64,000 nt of DNA from Octopus sinensis. Lineage: Eukaryota. Under the pieces are notes generated by a model. The model did not search any database. It was not told the origin of the DNA and worked only from the letters and a program-made list of their open reading frames with translations. Shown piece by piece: positions 34,989 through 49,272 of this stretch. The stretch covers positions 38,502,001-38,566,000 of the forward strand of contig NC_043009.1 in assembly GCF_006345805.1 (NCBI RefSeq), in the 5' to 3' direction. Position 1 is the stretch's first letter, and every line of letters begins with the position of its first letter. Made by a program: the position numbers and the translations under genes.

Positions 34989-37900
34989 TATAATGATCGT
35001 TGGCTACTTGTCAATATATCTTTGATATAGGAACTTTAAATAAACATTGGGCTCACTAACTAACGCGTATTAATAAAGATATTTTTATTCCTGTATATTT
35101 CTGCTGCAAGATTATAAACTTGATCTCTTTAAAGAACAATAAATAAGCAGTTCTTTTGACATACTCAGGACATCTGATCTAGCAGCCACACTGAGATGAG
35201 GATGAAAATAGATAAAAATATTTAGGAATGTACATATAGGAGAAACAATTATTTATATTACGATCAATAAGATTAAATTATGACATAATTAGTAAAATAG
35301 ACTTTATCTCAATTAATAAATTAATCATTTAAACTAAAAAGAAATCTTTGTTCAGTATACGTAATGTTTTTTGCGAAGCCGAATTCTTTTTATAATTTAT
35401 AGTTTGAAGACAGAACAGAAATAAATGTTTGAAATTAGAAAGACAATAAAACGGTAAGAAGGTGTGAATTAGTTGGAATGATGAAGCAATAGATTATTAC
35501 ATTTAATTTCTTTGCGTTTTCTTTGTTCAAGGTTTAACCTGGTGTTGACTTATGACTTTTGAGTTTGCTTTTTCGTCTCTTGGTTTTAAATAATAACACG
35601 ATTGTGTGCATTAAATCATCTACATCAGGGGTGTGAAACACGTGGCCTGAGAGCTTCATGTTGAACGAAATCCTTTTCCCATATGACTCGCCGTCTTCTT
35701 ACATCATGTAGCCCGCAACACATTTATTGCTTCAGCCATTTTTGTGCTTTATAGCTTTATAATGCATTATTAAAGAAAAAAAAACTAATACAAGTTAAGA
35801 AAAAAATCTAAGAAGATTATTCATGTTTTGCATTTTTATTTCGATTTACATAGCATTAGCCAAAGTTAAGATCAAGCTAAATCACCTAATAACATGCACG
35901 CCAAAGCAATCTGCGAAAGAGAGGGAAGAACACGAAACTTTGTGTTCATAATTACGTCCCCTTTGTTGTGACCGTTGGTATACGTAAAAAATTTTATGGT
36001 CCATGCAGGAAGCCTGGTGTTCGTAGAGATGTAATACTATTGATTGCAACCACAGTGGCATCAACTCTTGGTATAATATCTTGTAGGGATTAGCAGCTGA
36101 CTATCGAAACAAATGTAAGGAAACAAATTATTAAAAAGAGAAAAATTATATAAAACGTATTGCATTGTCTTTGGAAGCTTTGGGGTGTTACATATATTCA
36201 GGATAATACCTTTTAACCACTACATGCTTTTGAAGGGGAGAACAGTTAATAAGGTGCGTCGTGTGGTACAGAAAAGTGGAAAATCACGTATTCTTAGTTA
36301 AATACATGGAAAACCAACCCATTTGGCTAGTACGCAACTCGTATCCTCTCTGAAAGAATAAAACATTCCGAGATATTCTGAAATCACTCATTCTTAAAAG
36401 TGTGTTAAACATAGTAGGATAAAGAACAATATATGGAGTTGGAGGTATATTGCATTAAGTAATATGATTACTTTTGCTGTCGCTGATATGGAAGCCATTT
36501 TCATGGAGGCCATTGCGCGTTGATGGTCGTAGACAATATTTTCCCGAAAAATCGTCAAACATGTGTAAACATATAAACCTCTCAAGAAATACAGTTTCGG
36601 AAAAGTTCAGGAATTCTCAGTGAAACTCAAATAGTTAACCCAAAGACAAAGTTAAGTGGTTTACAGTGTTTTCTGTTGTGATAAAAACAAGAAACAAAAC
36701 AAAAACAGATGTCACACAGGTAGTATACAGATTACAGTTTATAACCATGGTGTGGACGAAAATATGTTTTCAACAGGACTGGTACAACTAGGATCAACGA
36801 CGGGAGCATCAACCGGAGATGATATCTATGCGAGTTCACCATTGACATCGCTTAAGATAGGTGTTGATTTGAAGCAAACATTGTGCCGCTCTACAGATGG
36901 AACAACGCAAACTACTGGTAGCAAAGCTGCTGGGACGACAACATTAAAGAAAAAAAAACAACTAAAAGCTGTGGATGCTAAACATATTATATTGTTCATG
37001 GCATCATTACATTGGAAAGTGTTGTACTGTGAAATATGAAATATGAATAATATGATGGATGTCGTAAAGATAGTGAACTTCAAATGTGTGTGAAGTTTGA
37101 GCCAGAGACCGTTCAGTTAGCTTTTGTAGGAAAGCTATAACAATCATCAACTACTGTGACACACGACTCAGGGAGTCGTATTGCAGTGATTTGAAGAACT
37201 GCGATATGAAATACAGATATTTATGCAACGGAAAGCAATGGATATGCGGAAACTGAAAGATAATATTTAGGTTCATAGTATAGCTTTCATTATCGATATC
37301 ACAAAACATTTAAATTACTTGAATACGAAGCTACATCTACTCAATAAAATGGCGACGAATATATTACGACTCACTTCGTGTATATGAGATGAAACTTAAC
37401 CATTTTGAGTACAACCATTAAATGGTAATATTGCACAATTTCTAAGCTTAAAATACCTGAAACACACAAATGTATTTCATGCTATATCATTGAAATACAA
37501 TGAATACGATATGAAGATTTCCAAGCTAATAAATGTGTTTCAGGAATGATTTGCCAGCTTTAAAAAACATTGAGAAATAATTTCCTCTATTTTAAAATAA
37601 ATCTATGGTTAATATTGTACCAGAACAGATAGAAGTAATTGAGTTCCAGTATAATTCTGTATTGAAGAATAAGTTTCCAAATGTCAATTTTGGTACATTT
37701 TATCAACGGCATGAGACAAATTATTTCGGAAGGAAATTATGTCAGCGTTCAGAATCATGTACAGAATCATGAATTATCTGAGAAGCATAAAGGTCAATCC
37801 AAAGACAAAGTTAAATAGTGCAGAGTATTTTCTGTCGCAATTATCCCAAGAATAAAGGTTTGGCCTCGAAGATTATGTCAATGTTTGGAAGGACATTCAC

Positions 37901-39649
37901 CAGTGATCAGGTATTTTTTTGTAAAGATTGATGAATGAAAGAATTTTAGCAGTCAACTCTAAGACAAAGTTAAGTAGTTTACAGAATATTCTCTTGTAAT
38001 TATCTCAAGAATAAGCGTTTGATCTCCAAGATTATGTCAATGTTCGGAAGGACATTTACCTTTGAGCAATTGTTTTCTGCAATTAACTTCAACTTTGACC
38101 TTACCTTATTGATAGGCAACTCGGTTGAATACTGAAAGTGCCAACAACTCAGTCTTTGGTGCCAAAGTTTGGTTCACTAATCTCCAGTGAAGGATTAAAC
38201 ATCAAGGAACAATAATTAAAGATGTACGACTGATTAAAATAAATTAACACCTGATTATGTTTGCTTGTTTGGTTTTAAGAACTTACACAAGTACGAGAGC
38301 AGAATAAATATCCATATTAAATATGTTTATATAACTCGCCCGATTATGTCATCGTAAATTTCCCATCCTTTTACTCATTATTATGTAATCTAGTCCGTCT
38401 ATGGCGTACTCCTATTACACATCCCCCATAATAAATGTGCTTTTTCATGAATTCATGAGTTTCTATTGCTGTCCCTTGTCGGAAGAATATATGTTACCGT
38501 TGCTGTTGTTATTGTTGTTGCTGTAGCTATTGTTGTTGTTGCTGTTGTTATTGTCGTTGCTGGTGTTGTTGTTTAGCTCTTTCTCCGCAAGTCAGCTCGG
38601 ATCGAGCAGCTCTTTATGATCAAATGTATTCCAGTCTTTTTCTTTTAAATCAATTTCACTCAATGCATCCCTTATTAAACTAGTCAGTTTATCCTTCCCT
38701 GTTTATGAAGTTGCACTGTGATTTAAGCTTATGTTTCTAGAAGGTAGAGTGACTGCTTAGAGACCACATTGTATACGTTTGTTTCCATAAAGTTGTGGTG
38801 TTGAGCTCAGTCGAAAGAAATCGTTATCTTAACATATAAAGAATTTTAAAATGCTTCGCAGAAAAAGAAAAAGTTTAATCACAATTATATAACAAAACCT
38901 ATCTATAATATGTTTCTATATACAATAATTTTGTAAACGGTATGGAAATCTTTCTGTTAAAAACGTCTAGTAGCTTAGTACAATTAAGCATTGTGCAAAA
39001 TAAATTAAATAATATTACGAATGCGAATCATGTAGGAGTTAGCTTAAGAAAATGGAGTTTAGTTTTGAATGGGGCAGAAGGAAGAAAATATACTTGAGCA
39101 AAACAAATGGTGAATGGACGATGATACGTAGTTAGTGGTTTGGGTCAAGAAAGTAATGCAAGATCTGATGTGGTTAATGATTAAGACCAAATACAGTTTA
39201 TAAAATTAAGACATATCTAGCGTAGGCAACAGAGGGAAAACAAAGAATGCGTAAGACAGAGAGAGAAAGAGGAGAAAGAGAGGGATAGGAGTAATGAGTT
39301 GCGCAATGTAAGAAGGAAAGAGAGGAAGATTAATTGGAATAAAATGGGAAAGAAAGAGTATGTGTTGCATATGTGCATGTGCATGTGCGTGTGTGCGCGC
39401 GTGTGAGTGCGTGTGTGTGTGTGTGTCTAAATAAGACTACACACAGTACAAATACATAGACTGACAATCAGAGTCTATTTAGAATTCCCCTGAAATATCA
39501 AGAGATTGGTTTTATTTCTCTATATTTTTAGGAAAAAAGAAACCTCCATCCATCCGCCCATCCATACACACAAACACACACACACGTATAAATGAATATA
39601 TAGGTATATATGTGTGTGTGCATGTCTATATGCATATATATATATATAT

Positions 39650-39683
<34 letters not shown>

Positions 39684-40587
39684 ATATGTTCGTATATATG
39701 TAAGTATATATACGTATATATGTGTATACATATGCGTGAGAATATATATGTGCGAGCATATATATATGTGAGTATGTGGATGCGTGTATATATGAAAGTG
39801 TGTATGTGGATGCGTGGATATATGAAAGTGTGTATGTTTGTGTGGTGGGGAGGTGCGTATGTGTATGAAACGGACTGAACTTATTTCTGGCAGTTTTTAT
39901 TTTGTTCAATGCTATGTGTTAGTTTGAGAAGAAAACAAAGAAGTAAGAAATCAAAAACAAAACATCACACCAAAAGTATATGGAAAAATGTTTTGATATT
40001 AAACACGGGAAAGATATCTCGTATCTTGGGAATTATTGAGAAAGCTGAGCAACTTATTATTCAAATCCATCTTGAATGTATTCTGAGAAAAAGAAGAAAA
40101 AAGTACCACAAAAAAAAAATAACAACGACAACAAATACGATTTTACTACATGCTGAGTTTATCATCATTTAGATCGATAGTGATATGTAATAAAGCATAT
40201 ACGAATATAGTAAAATGATCCATAATTCATCAGTATTGACATACTATGTCAAGATTATATTCAATCAAAAATGGTAAAAATGAGAACAGTAAATGCAGCA
40301 GGAATATATCGTTTTCTGTGATTTAACACATTGAAAGATGGCGGTCTGTTGTACTACGTTCATGACATACGTTGCTTCCTCCCGCTTATGGTGGCAATCC
40401 GAATTTCGCCAGGGCCCAATGTAGCTTTCACTATTTCGTGTTTAAAAGAATACAGAAAATTCGGTATGGAAAATTGCAACCCCTTAAGCGAATGTAAGAA
40501 ATTATAATACTTATTTACATTTTTCTTAACACATTTAATGTTTATCACTAAAATGATGAATACTACCATAAGATATATACATATAGA

Positions 40588-40746
40588 CGTAGGAGTGGCT
40601 GTGTGGTAAGTAGCTTGCTTATGAACCACATGGTTCCAGGTTTAACCCCACTGCGTGGCACCTTGGGCAAGATTTTCTACTTTAGCCTCGGACCGTCCAA
40701 AGTCTTGAGAGTGGATTTGGTAGACGGAAACTGAAAGGAGCCCGCC

Positions 40747-40786
<40 letters not shown>

Positions 40787-41040
40787 TATATAATATATAA
40801 TATATATATATGTGTGTGTGTGTGTGTGTTTGAGTGTCTGTGTTTGTCCCCCCAGCATCGCTTGACAAGACAACCGATGCTGGTGTGTTTACGACCCCGT
40901 AACTTAGCGGTTCGGCAAAAGAGACCGATAGAATAAATACTAGGCTTACAAAGAATAAGTCCAGGGGTCAATTTGCTCGACTAAAAGGCGGTGCTCCAGC
41001 ATGGCCACAGTCATATTACTGAAACACGTAAAAGAGTATG
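40588..41040 (+). mobile_element. Central-(TA)n SINE, full length
   Basis: GACGTAGGAGTGGCTGTGTGGTAAGTAGC head to ..CTGAAACACGTAAAAGAG tail. Confidence 0.85.
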
Positions 41041-41767
41041 TACATAAACACATGCAAATATGTATATGAATATGTATATGTATGTATGTATGTATTTATG
41101 AAAAATGCATTAAATACTACAAAATGTTCAGGTAGGAGAGACATAGAAGGATACAAATTCTCAGAGTAAGCAAATAAATGCGAAACAAGGGGCAAAAGTT
41201 TTCAACCAAAACTGTCTGACGAACGGGAACGTGAAACTCTGGGTGACATCTTTTGTGATGTCTTTGTAGCTTGGCATTTGAATTCAAAACTTGATTGTGT
41301 AGATAGAGGTGAAAACCTTTCTATTGCCGGTTGGGATTCATGTTCGCCACAAGATAAAGTCTTGTTTTGATTTCTATCTATAGGAATATTTCCCCTGACG
41401 AGGTGAATGTGTCCCTTAAGTGGTTCATATCGCCGAAATTGCAATAGTGAATTAGCCAATTATTTTCAAGCTGTAGATTCTATTTGCCATATCACCCGAA
41501 GACAGTTTTTATCGTGAGGAGAAATGATATGAGTGATATAATGGCTTTATAGCGGTTTTGGCTGCTATTTTTAACATGTAAGGGTTTTTTAACCCTCTTA
41601 GTTATTATTGTGACTTGTTCATAATTATAAATGTTTTTATTCTTCATATCTTATGATAACATGTTTGGCCATTGATATAGTCATACATAATCTTAATAAT
41701 TTATAATGTAACCTTCATAATGAATGCTTTCACATTACTCTCTACTTACACACACACACACACACAC

Positions 41768-41895
<128 letters not shown>

Positions 41896-42083
41896 TCGCA
41901 AAAACAGCAATAACTGCTGCTAACCGTAAGCTATAAAACATTTTTTTTCTGTTTATCGAACTTCGATATGGGAAAAGTTTACAACCTTCTACGTCTAGTT
42001 CCTGAAGTTTGTATTTTATACCTTCTCCGGACAGCATCATAATAATAATAATCATCATCATCATCATCATCGCTTATCATCAT

Positions 42084-42109
<26 letters not shown>

Positions 42110-42114
<5 letters not shown>

Positions 42115-42331
42115 TGTACATTTAAACACATAAGAGATGGCCATAACAGGACATCTGACTCGTTAGAAAAAGTAGTTAAACTACAAACCACTGATAGTTG
42201 TAATTCTGAAAACATTTATTTTCATTCCCTTTCAGAATTACAACTATTAGTGGTTTGTAGTTTAACTACTCTTTCTAGCGAGTCAGATGTCCTGTTATGG
42301 CCATCTCTTATGTGTTTAAATGTACACTGTA
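42110..42331. mobile_element. Foldback Tc1/mariner-type MITE (102-bp arms, 18-nt loop)
   Basis: TA|CAGTGTACATTT...AAATGTACACTG|TA; arms 42110-42211 and 42230-42331 with 3 mismatches. Confidence 0.8.
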
Positions 42332-42429
42332 TTTTTATATGAATATTATAGAGTCTATTGACTAATTTTTTCTTCACTCTAGACCACTGGTAGCAATGGA
42401 TTTTTCTAAATTTTTTTTGCTACTCTAAG

Positions 42430-42513
<84 letters not shown>

Positions 42514-42806
42514 ATTTGATTTTGATTTTTCCAGTTTCAGCTTATGAGCTGTGGCCATGCTGGGGCACCATGTATGTATACTTGTATAAAACATTTTCAT
42601 ATATGGATATATATTTATATAAGATTTATATAATATATTCATTTATATGTATATATATATATATGTATGCATGTATATATACATATATATATATGTATAT
42701 ATGTTTATTGTATGTATGCATATCTGTCTACATATACGTCTTTCTACATATAGAGACATACATGCACATGCATATATGTATATTTATAGATATATGTATA
42801 TACACG

Positions 42807-43260
42807 TATTATTCTTCAGGCGACGCAACCGAGAGACGTTTCACAATGGTTCGAGGAGTTGCTGATCCCGTTATCTCCGGAATGTCCTTAGTTACATGTT
42901 GTGTGCCTCTGCCAACGACATCAATATAACTGAGTTGTCATCGTCCTCTATTAGAGTGAGCAAATGCCCAAAATATAAAACCCGCTAAGGATTGTTGTTC
43001 TGCCCGACAGAAATGGGCAGCATAGCTTGCTATGCGTTGAGCAATATTAACAGGGAGGAGTTTTAATGTGTCCATAAACCTCCTCTTTGGTCTTGTGCTC
43101 ACGTCATGAACCCTTTTGAGCCCTCATGAAAAACATAGGGTTTGTATCATAAAAATGGTTATGAAGCTCCTTTCTCCATAGTTTGGCACCATTGAGAAGA
43201 ATTCCACGTTTTGTTAAAGTTTCATGACTGAAATGAAATCTTTATATAAACAGCTACAAT
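42807..43260 (-). mobile_element. RTE-clade LINE 3' fragment
   Basis: Minus strand, broken frames: HKTKEEVYGHI..IASYAAHFCRAE..NRGR..SYIDV..RTIVKRLSVAS, ending in an (AAT)-like tail. Confidence 0.55.
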
Positions 43261-43396
43261 CAAAACTTCATTTCTAAAATAGAAAGATATAAAGACAAAA
43301 ACACGCTATAAAAATAATTTGTTAGACTTTTTTTCGGTATTACAGACATTAGTGATATATATATTGGGCTCAAGTATTTTCAATCAATCCTGGTAT

Positions 43397-43455
<59 letters not shown>

Positions 43456-44953
43456 TATATATATATAAAAAACGATCATTTGTATATTAGACTTATAACA
43501 TGACTTTAAAATAATGAGGTGAGATTTAGACATTTTACTTCTTTTCAACAAATTCCATCATTGAGTATATCAGTCACGTTGCTGAAATTATAAAAGAACA
43601 AAAATGACAAAAAGCAACAAAAAACGAAAATAAAATATAAAATCGAATATCATTTATTTATTTTGCGATACGAAAATGTAAATTGATATATTTAAATGGA
43701 TGTTAAGAGGGATAATGCGTTGGTCACTCCGCTACTACTTTAAGGTTGTATAAATCAAAGTAATGATTCGTATCATTTAAATATTATGACTAATGGAATT
43801 CAAATACACAACTTTTACTGGCAAGGATAAATTGTTTTGATTTTGTTCAATTAAGTCGAATTTTTATTCTGTTCATTGACTAGAAAAAGACATTGAAATG
43901 GCTAACAGAATGGTAATAAAATAACTCTGATGTAACAGGTGAAAACTTATTTAAGAGCATTAACAGTAAAGCATATTGGTTGAAGACTTATAAATTCAGT
44001 TTAAATAGAACCGTTGAAACATATAGTAAGCAGTTCTACAGAATTATTGGTTTAAGTGTTTCTATTATAGGCAAAATTCTGGCAGGGAGGTGTAATTTAA
44101 ATGAACAAATATTTTAAAATATAAATATTAAAATATGAAATATATGAATATGAAACGCAACACTTTCAACCGCGAATAATTTTTCAAACCAGGTTAAAAT
44201 ATATAATTGAATAGAGAAAGAGTAATATTAAATTGTAAAAATATTTTCAAATGTATAGAAATATATTGGGAGAGCAAGTAAAACACAAAAACAAATAAAA
44301 AAAAATGAAAAGAAAACCAAAAACGAATAGAAGTACTTCTATTAGTTAGACGCAGGTCTATGTTTTATGGATTCTATCCAATCTCCTCCGTTTTTCTTTT
44401 CAGTTATTGAACTTTGTTAAACAGGACTATGAATCTGAAAGAAATAAAGAAGACTCAAATCTAGATTTGATCTTCATTTACACGGCCATTTTCATAAGAA
44501 AAAAAAACCCCAAAAAATAACGGTAGCCACCATTATTAAATAGAAATATTCAACACAGACAGGAAACTTTTGGAAAAAAATCTAAATGTGAATTGTAACA
44601 GTGGTTTGTAATCACTTAATTTATACATCATAGGTTGGTATATATAATTTTCTTTTAGCAATCTTGTTTTGGGAAAATATGTTTCCTGTATGAACCTGAT
44701 TTCATGTAGGAATGATGAGGTCACGTTTCTGAATTTATATATACTTGAGGATTGTGTTTTTTTGTTGCCGACATGGTTCTGTGATAATGATTTACTCTAA
44801 GTTTTTTTTTTGTCTCACCAGCAAAACATTTCATATCATCACTTGTTAAGGCTATCGCTACAGATGCTCTACAGAACTGATTTTTGTTTATACGTTTTGT
44901 ATCCGAGATGTCAGATGCAAACAAACAATGAGATGGATAAAAAGACGACAATG

Positions 44954-45000
44954 GACGTATATACCATATTTCGGGAGATTTTGCCCGTTCATCAGCACCC
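44954..45000 (-). ncRNA. Degenerate type I hammerhead-like motif (second family)
   Basis: GGGTG-CTGATGA-AC-GGG-CAAAATCT-CCC-GAAA-TATG-G-TATA-T-A-CGTCC on the minus strand. Confidence 0.5.
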
Positions 45001-45174
45001 GTCGAATCCCTTTATCATTCATGAATACATAGCTTAAATAGCCACTAAATACAAGAGTACAACTTTATTGGATATACCAATTTTACATATTAAACACATT
45101 CCTAGAAGCTGCTGCGTAAATATTAATGACTTGTAAGGATGCGGTATTTCGTTATGCAACCATAATATACTATA

Positions 45175-45517
45175 AACAAGAGCACTCAGAGAGTGCAAAC
45201 CTCCGCCAACGCAACACCAACGTCCTCTCAACGATTAGCCGGAGATGATTTTTAAAATGAGAATATCTGAAATAAACTCGTCTGCTCTCACAAGCGAGAA
45301 TACTAAAAATGAACCCCACCACTCTCAAAAGTTAAGTTAAAAAAAAAACGGAAAAATAATCCAGAATCCTCAAATCTAATCAGTTCGTGCCAGTCACGAG
45401 GCCAAAGATCCCTGAAAGTTTCATCCGAATCCATCCAGCGGTTCTTGAGATATCTTGCCCAAGGAGAAAGAAACACGACTGCAAACATTAGCTCCGCCTT
45501 CGCTAAGGCAGAGGTAA
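45175..45517 (+). mobile_element. Helentron-associated non-autonomous element (HINE/DINE-1-like)
   Basis: 5' hairpin GCACTC-AGA-GAGTGC, subterminal AACCTCCGCC matched by 3' GGCAGAGGT within hairpin CTCCGCCTT-CGCT-AAGGCAGAG. Confidence 0.6.
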
Positions 45518-45724
45518 ACATATTAAACGTCTTTATGAGTCAATAATGTGTCCTTTGCTCGCAGTGGGCTTTACGTCACTTGTTAAGGTTATCTCTACAG
45601 ATATTCTTCAGACATTATAGCCAGGAATGTATTTCATATGTAAAATTGTACATCCAATAACGTTACATCACTATATGCAGTGGCTATTTAAGCAATGTGG
45701 TCAGGGATGATTTAGGGGTTAGAT

Positions 45725-45772
45725 GGGTGCTGATGAAGTGATAAAAACTCTCAAAATATGACATATACACCC
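45725..45772 (+). ncRNA. Degenerate type I hammerhead-like motif (second family), inverted relative to 44954-45000
   Basis: GGGTG-CTGATGA-AGTGATAAAAACTCTC-AAAA-TATG-A-CATA-T-A-CACCC; perfect 5-bp stem I; GAAA reads AAAA (consistent with CpG decay). Confidence 0.5.
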
Positions 45773-48325
45773 GTTTATATTGATAGCTCAACCCAACAGA
45801 CAGTTATTGGCTCAAGCCTGAATGTGAATACTTTAACACGTTAACAGCCACATGTAATACTAAGTTCAATACAAACTTCACACATCCGCCAGTGGTACAT
45901 TTTTATAATTTGACATATTCAAATAACATGGGTGCTAAATATTAAAGTCTAATTACAAAATATAGCAAATATGCAAAAAAAAAAAAAAACCCAGAAAACT
46001 TGATTTTCCTTGTAATCAAACAGTAAGCATTGTCCGCGAAATATGTGCCGTCACTGGCAAATTCCGATAACAGGCTGTGGCGACTAACGTGTTAAAACCT
46101 TGCTTTGGTATCGCGTGTACAAATTGAAGTATGAAATAAAAAGAACATTATAACAAAAATCAGTGTTTTCTAAGATTTTGACCAGATAAAAATATAACAA
46201 CAAAAAACCTTGGCACGTAACAAAGATTTGAAATTTAAAATTTGATCAACGAAACAAATGAAGCAGTTTTAATCGAGACTTGAAACTGCATTGTAGTATT
46301 CAGTTTATTTCTGTCTCTAAAGTTAAAGTGCTCGATACGGTATTAATACACATCATTATATAAGATAATTTTTCAAGGAGTAAAAGGTTTGTCCACTATA
46401 ATGACTAGAATTCATTAGAAATATTGTCTGCTATAAATGAGAAATCGATTTAAAAAGAGATGGCGAGAGCTGGTAAATTATAACACTTGGAGAAATGTTT
46501 GAAAAAAGAATAATACATTCTAAGTGGCTAAATAAAGGGTTATTGGCTTTAATTGGTAATAATCTTGGCAGAAAAGAGGATTGGTCGAAAATATAGCTTG
46601 CAGTATTGTTATCTTTATCTTATTTGTATTCACACCATCATCCAGTGAACTATTTTCAGCAACATACATAAATTATATATTGAAAAGAAAAAAATAAAAT
46701 GTAGGCTACTAAAAGTGAAAAAAAAAATGATGAAATGAAATAAAAAATAAAAAAGGAAGTGAAAATGGCTTGATTTTTCTCTATGGTAGTTTTGAATATT
46801 TTTATAGCGTGTATTTTGTGTCTTTATATAACTCAGAAAAGAGAGTCGTTGTCTTTAATGTATTTCTTCAAGATTATATTATTCCAAACAACATTAAGTA
46901 AACGACGTTAATATAGCATTTTTATCTGCCATTTTGATTTGATATACAACAACGAATGTGTGACATTAGGCAAGAGATAGCACTTAACTCTTGGTACACC
47001 AGACAAAGAAAGAGAAGAAGGCGGTAATTTTTAAAACGAAATTCTTCCAAAGTAGGAAGCCTAATCGTAGTCGTAGCCTTCATCTAAAAGTTTTGAGCCT
47101 GAAGAGTTTAGATAATTTTTCACGATAATGATTATGTAATATTGATCGCTGCAATCTATATAGTGATTATACTTATGTCAAATGTCATAGTTCTATATTA
47201 AATAACAATTTCTTTCCATTTGTTTTAGTAACTGAACTGCAGCCATGCTGGAGCTTCGTCTTGAAAAGTGTAGTTAAACAAATCGACATCAGTACTTAGT
47301 ACTTTTTTTTTAATGTGGTACACTTTCTGTTGGGTTCTTTGGGAGCGTAAACAATCCAACATCAGTTGCCAAGCGACGTGGAGATAAACACATTGACATA
47401 CATACAGACATACGCACATATGGTTTCTATACGTTTGTTCTTGTTTAGCTTCTCAGTTCGCATCGAGCAAAAACCTTATGATTAAATCCATCCTAGTCTC
47501 CTTTTTTAAAAATTTATTTCAGATACATTGTATCTTCGACTACATTACCCAGTCTATATTTCCAGGTTTGAGACGGTAGAGTGCTATTCGTCTTCCAAAT
47601 ACACTTACAAGGTATTTCGAGCTACAGTGGCTCAAAATGCTTCGTGAGTTAATTTGGTAGAAGGGATTCGAGGTGCCAAGCAATGAGATGGGGCTTGAAA
47701 TTGCGTGTTTGCGAAGCGATCTTCTTAACCACTGGGTCAAACCTGCGCCGATATATGTATTTATCTATTTTCAAATACTACAGAATATCTGAAATATTAG
47801 TATTACAGTAGACTATTTATAGAATAAGAGTAAAGTAAAGATCCCCTTTGGTCATGAATGACCATGGAGTTGCAACTAGAAAATTCCCCTCCGAGGCACA
47901 AGTCCGGGCAAGGTTGTTTATGTAAGATCAGCAGTTGACCATGTATACCAGCCTCCCCTCTCCACGTCACTGACGTCGCAACTTATTTCTAAAGCTGAGT
48001 GAACTGGAGCAACGCGAAATGAAGTGTCTTGCTTAAGAACATAACACAGAGCCCGGTCGGGAAATTGAACTCACTACCTTATGACTGTGAGCCGGACGTT
48101 ATAACCACTGAGTCATGTAGAGAATATCATATCAAAGGAATCGTACCTGGGAGAAGGCAGCAGGAGACCATCCAGTTTCAAGGAGTAGAGGCTATTGTAA
48201 TAGCAATAGAAAAAGTGAAGGGGGGAAACAACTTGGGGCAAAGGTTGGTGCGTGGGCTGGCTAGCGAATTCATATCAATCAGTTTGCTGGGCACGTTTGT
48301 TTCGATGTATTCTATAGTATCTGAT

Positions 48326-48363
<38 letters not shown>

Positions 48364-48618
48364 ACACACACACACACATACACACGCGCGCACACACACA
48401 CGCACACACACACATGTGCGTGCGTGTGTGTGTGTGTGTGTGTTCTGATATGAGTTTTCAGCCCTGCACATACGTGACAATGGTTGGTGCCTCATGTAGC
48501 AGTTTAGAGAGTTACCAGCCACTCTAATACATGCATTCATTTTTCCCTACGGCCAGGCTCAATGTGCAACGCATAAAATATAATATAACACACACACACA
48601 TACGCACACATATACGTA

Positions 48619-49272
48619 CAGGGCGCGGTGGGTAAATTGTCACCATTTTATATTTCAAATTTCGTGCATACACATTGTTTGTTTTTGATTATCTTACTAC
48701 ACAGTATAGTAGGGCAGACGGGCACCGTCTGTGAGAAAAACAGCACCATGACACAATTCATACTGCCGGAAATTTGGAAACAGCATGCTATGCTGCTTGG
48801 CATTCGTACCGCAAGCTCCAATACAAATATTTCAGAGTGCTTGGGTGTCTATCCGAGTACAGTGCAGTGGATCCGGAAAGAATTGATGGCTCTAATGGTG
48901 ATTACGAAGACACGGTAGCTCGGAAAACTCACTATGATCGCTCTGGTAAGAAAAGAACTGAATTCGTTGGTGAGATCCAGGTCATGATTGACAACGATCC
49001 CGTCTAGTCAATTAGGACCATCGTCAGGGACATGGGGCTGTTTGAGGCTCTTATCAGGCAAGTAGTGCATGAAGACATTCAGTATTCCTCATACAAGATG
49101 ATAAAGGGACAATTTGTATTCCAAACTATCAAGAACAAGGGCAAAGACCGCACCACAGAGAATTTGAACAAACTTATACTTCCCATCCAACTGAACATGC
49201 TATGGTTTATCTCAGATGAGAAAACTTTCTGCCAGGATCAGATGGTGAACACACAAAACAACCGTTGGCTCA
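48619..49272 (+). mobile_element. 5' part of a Tc1/mariner-superfamily transposon (maT/DD37D-like), decayed
   Basis: TA|CAGGGCGCGG start; MTQFILPEIWKQHAMLLGIR (ATG 48748), LIRQVVHEDIQY, WFISDEKTFCQDQMVNTQNNRWL (first catalytic D); truncated. Confidence 0.75.

Noticed and set aside
36826-37083. Minus-strand ORF with a signal-peptide-like start (MKFTIFTTSIILF)
   Set aside because: AT-rich sequence readily gives hydrophobic starts; no recognisable domain, and it overlaps a competing plus-strand ORF.
41202-41459. Open frames on both strands in non-repetitive sequence
   Set aside because: Neither peptide is recognisable and splice signals are weak; cannot choose a strand.
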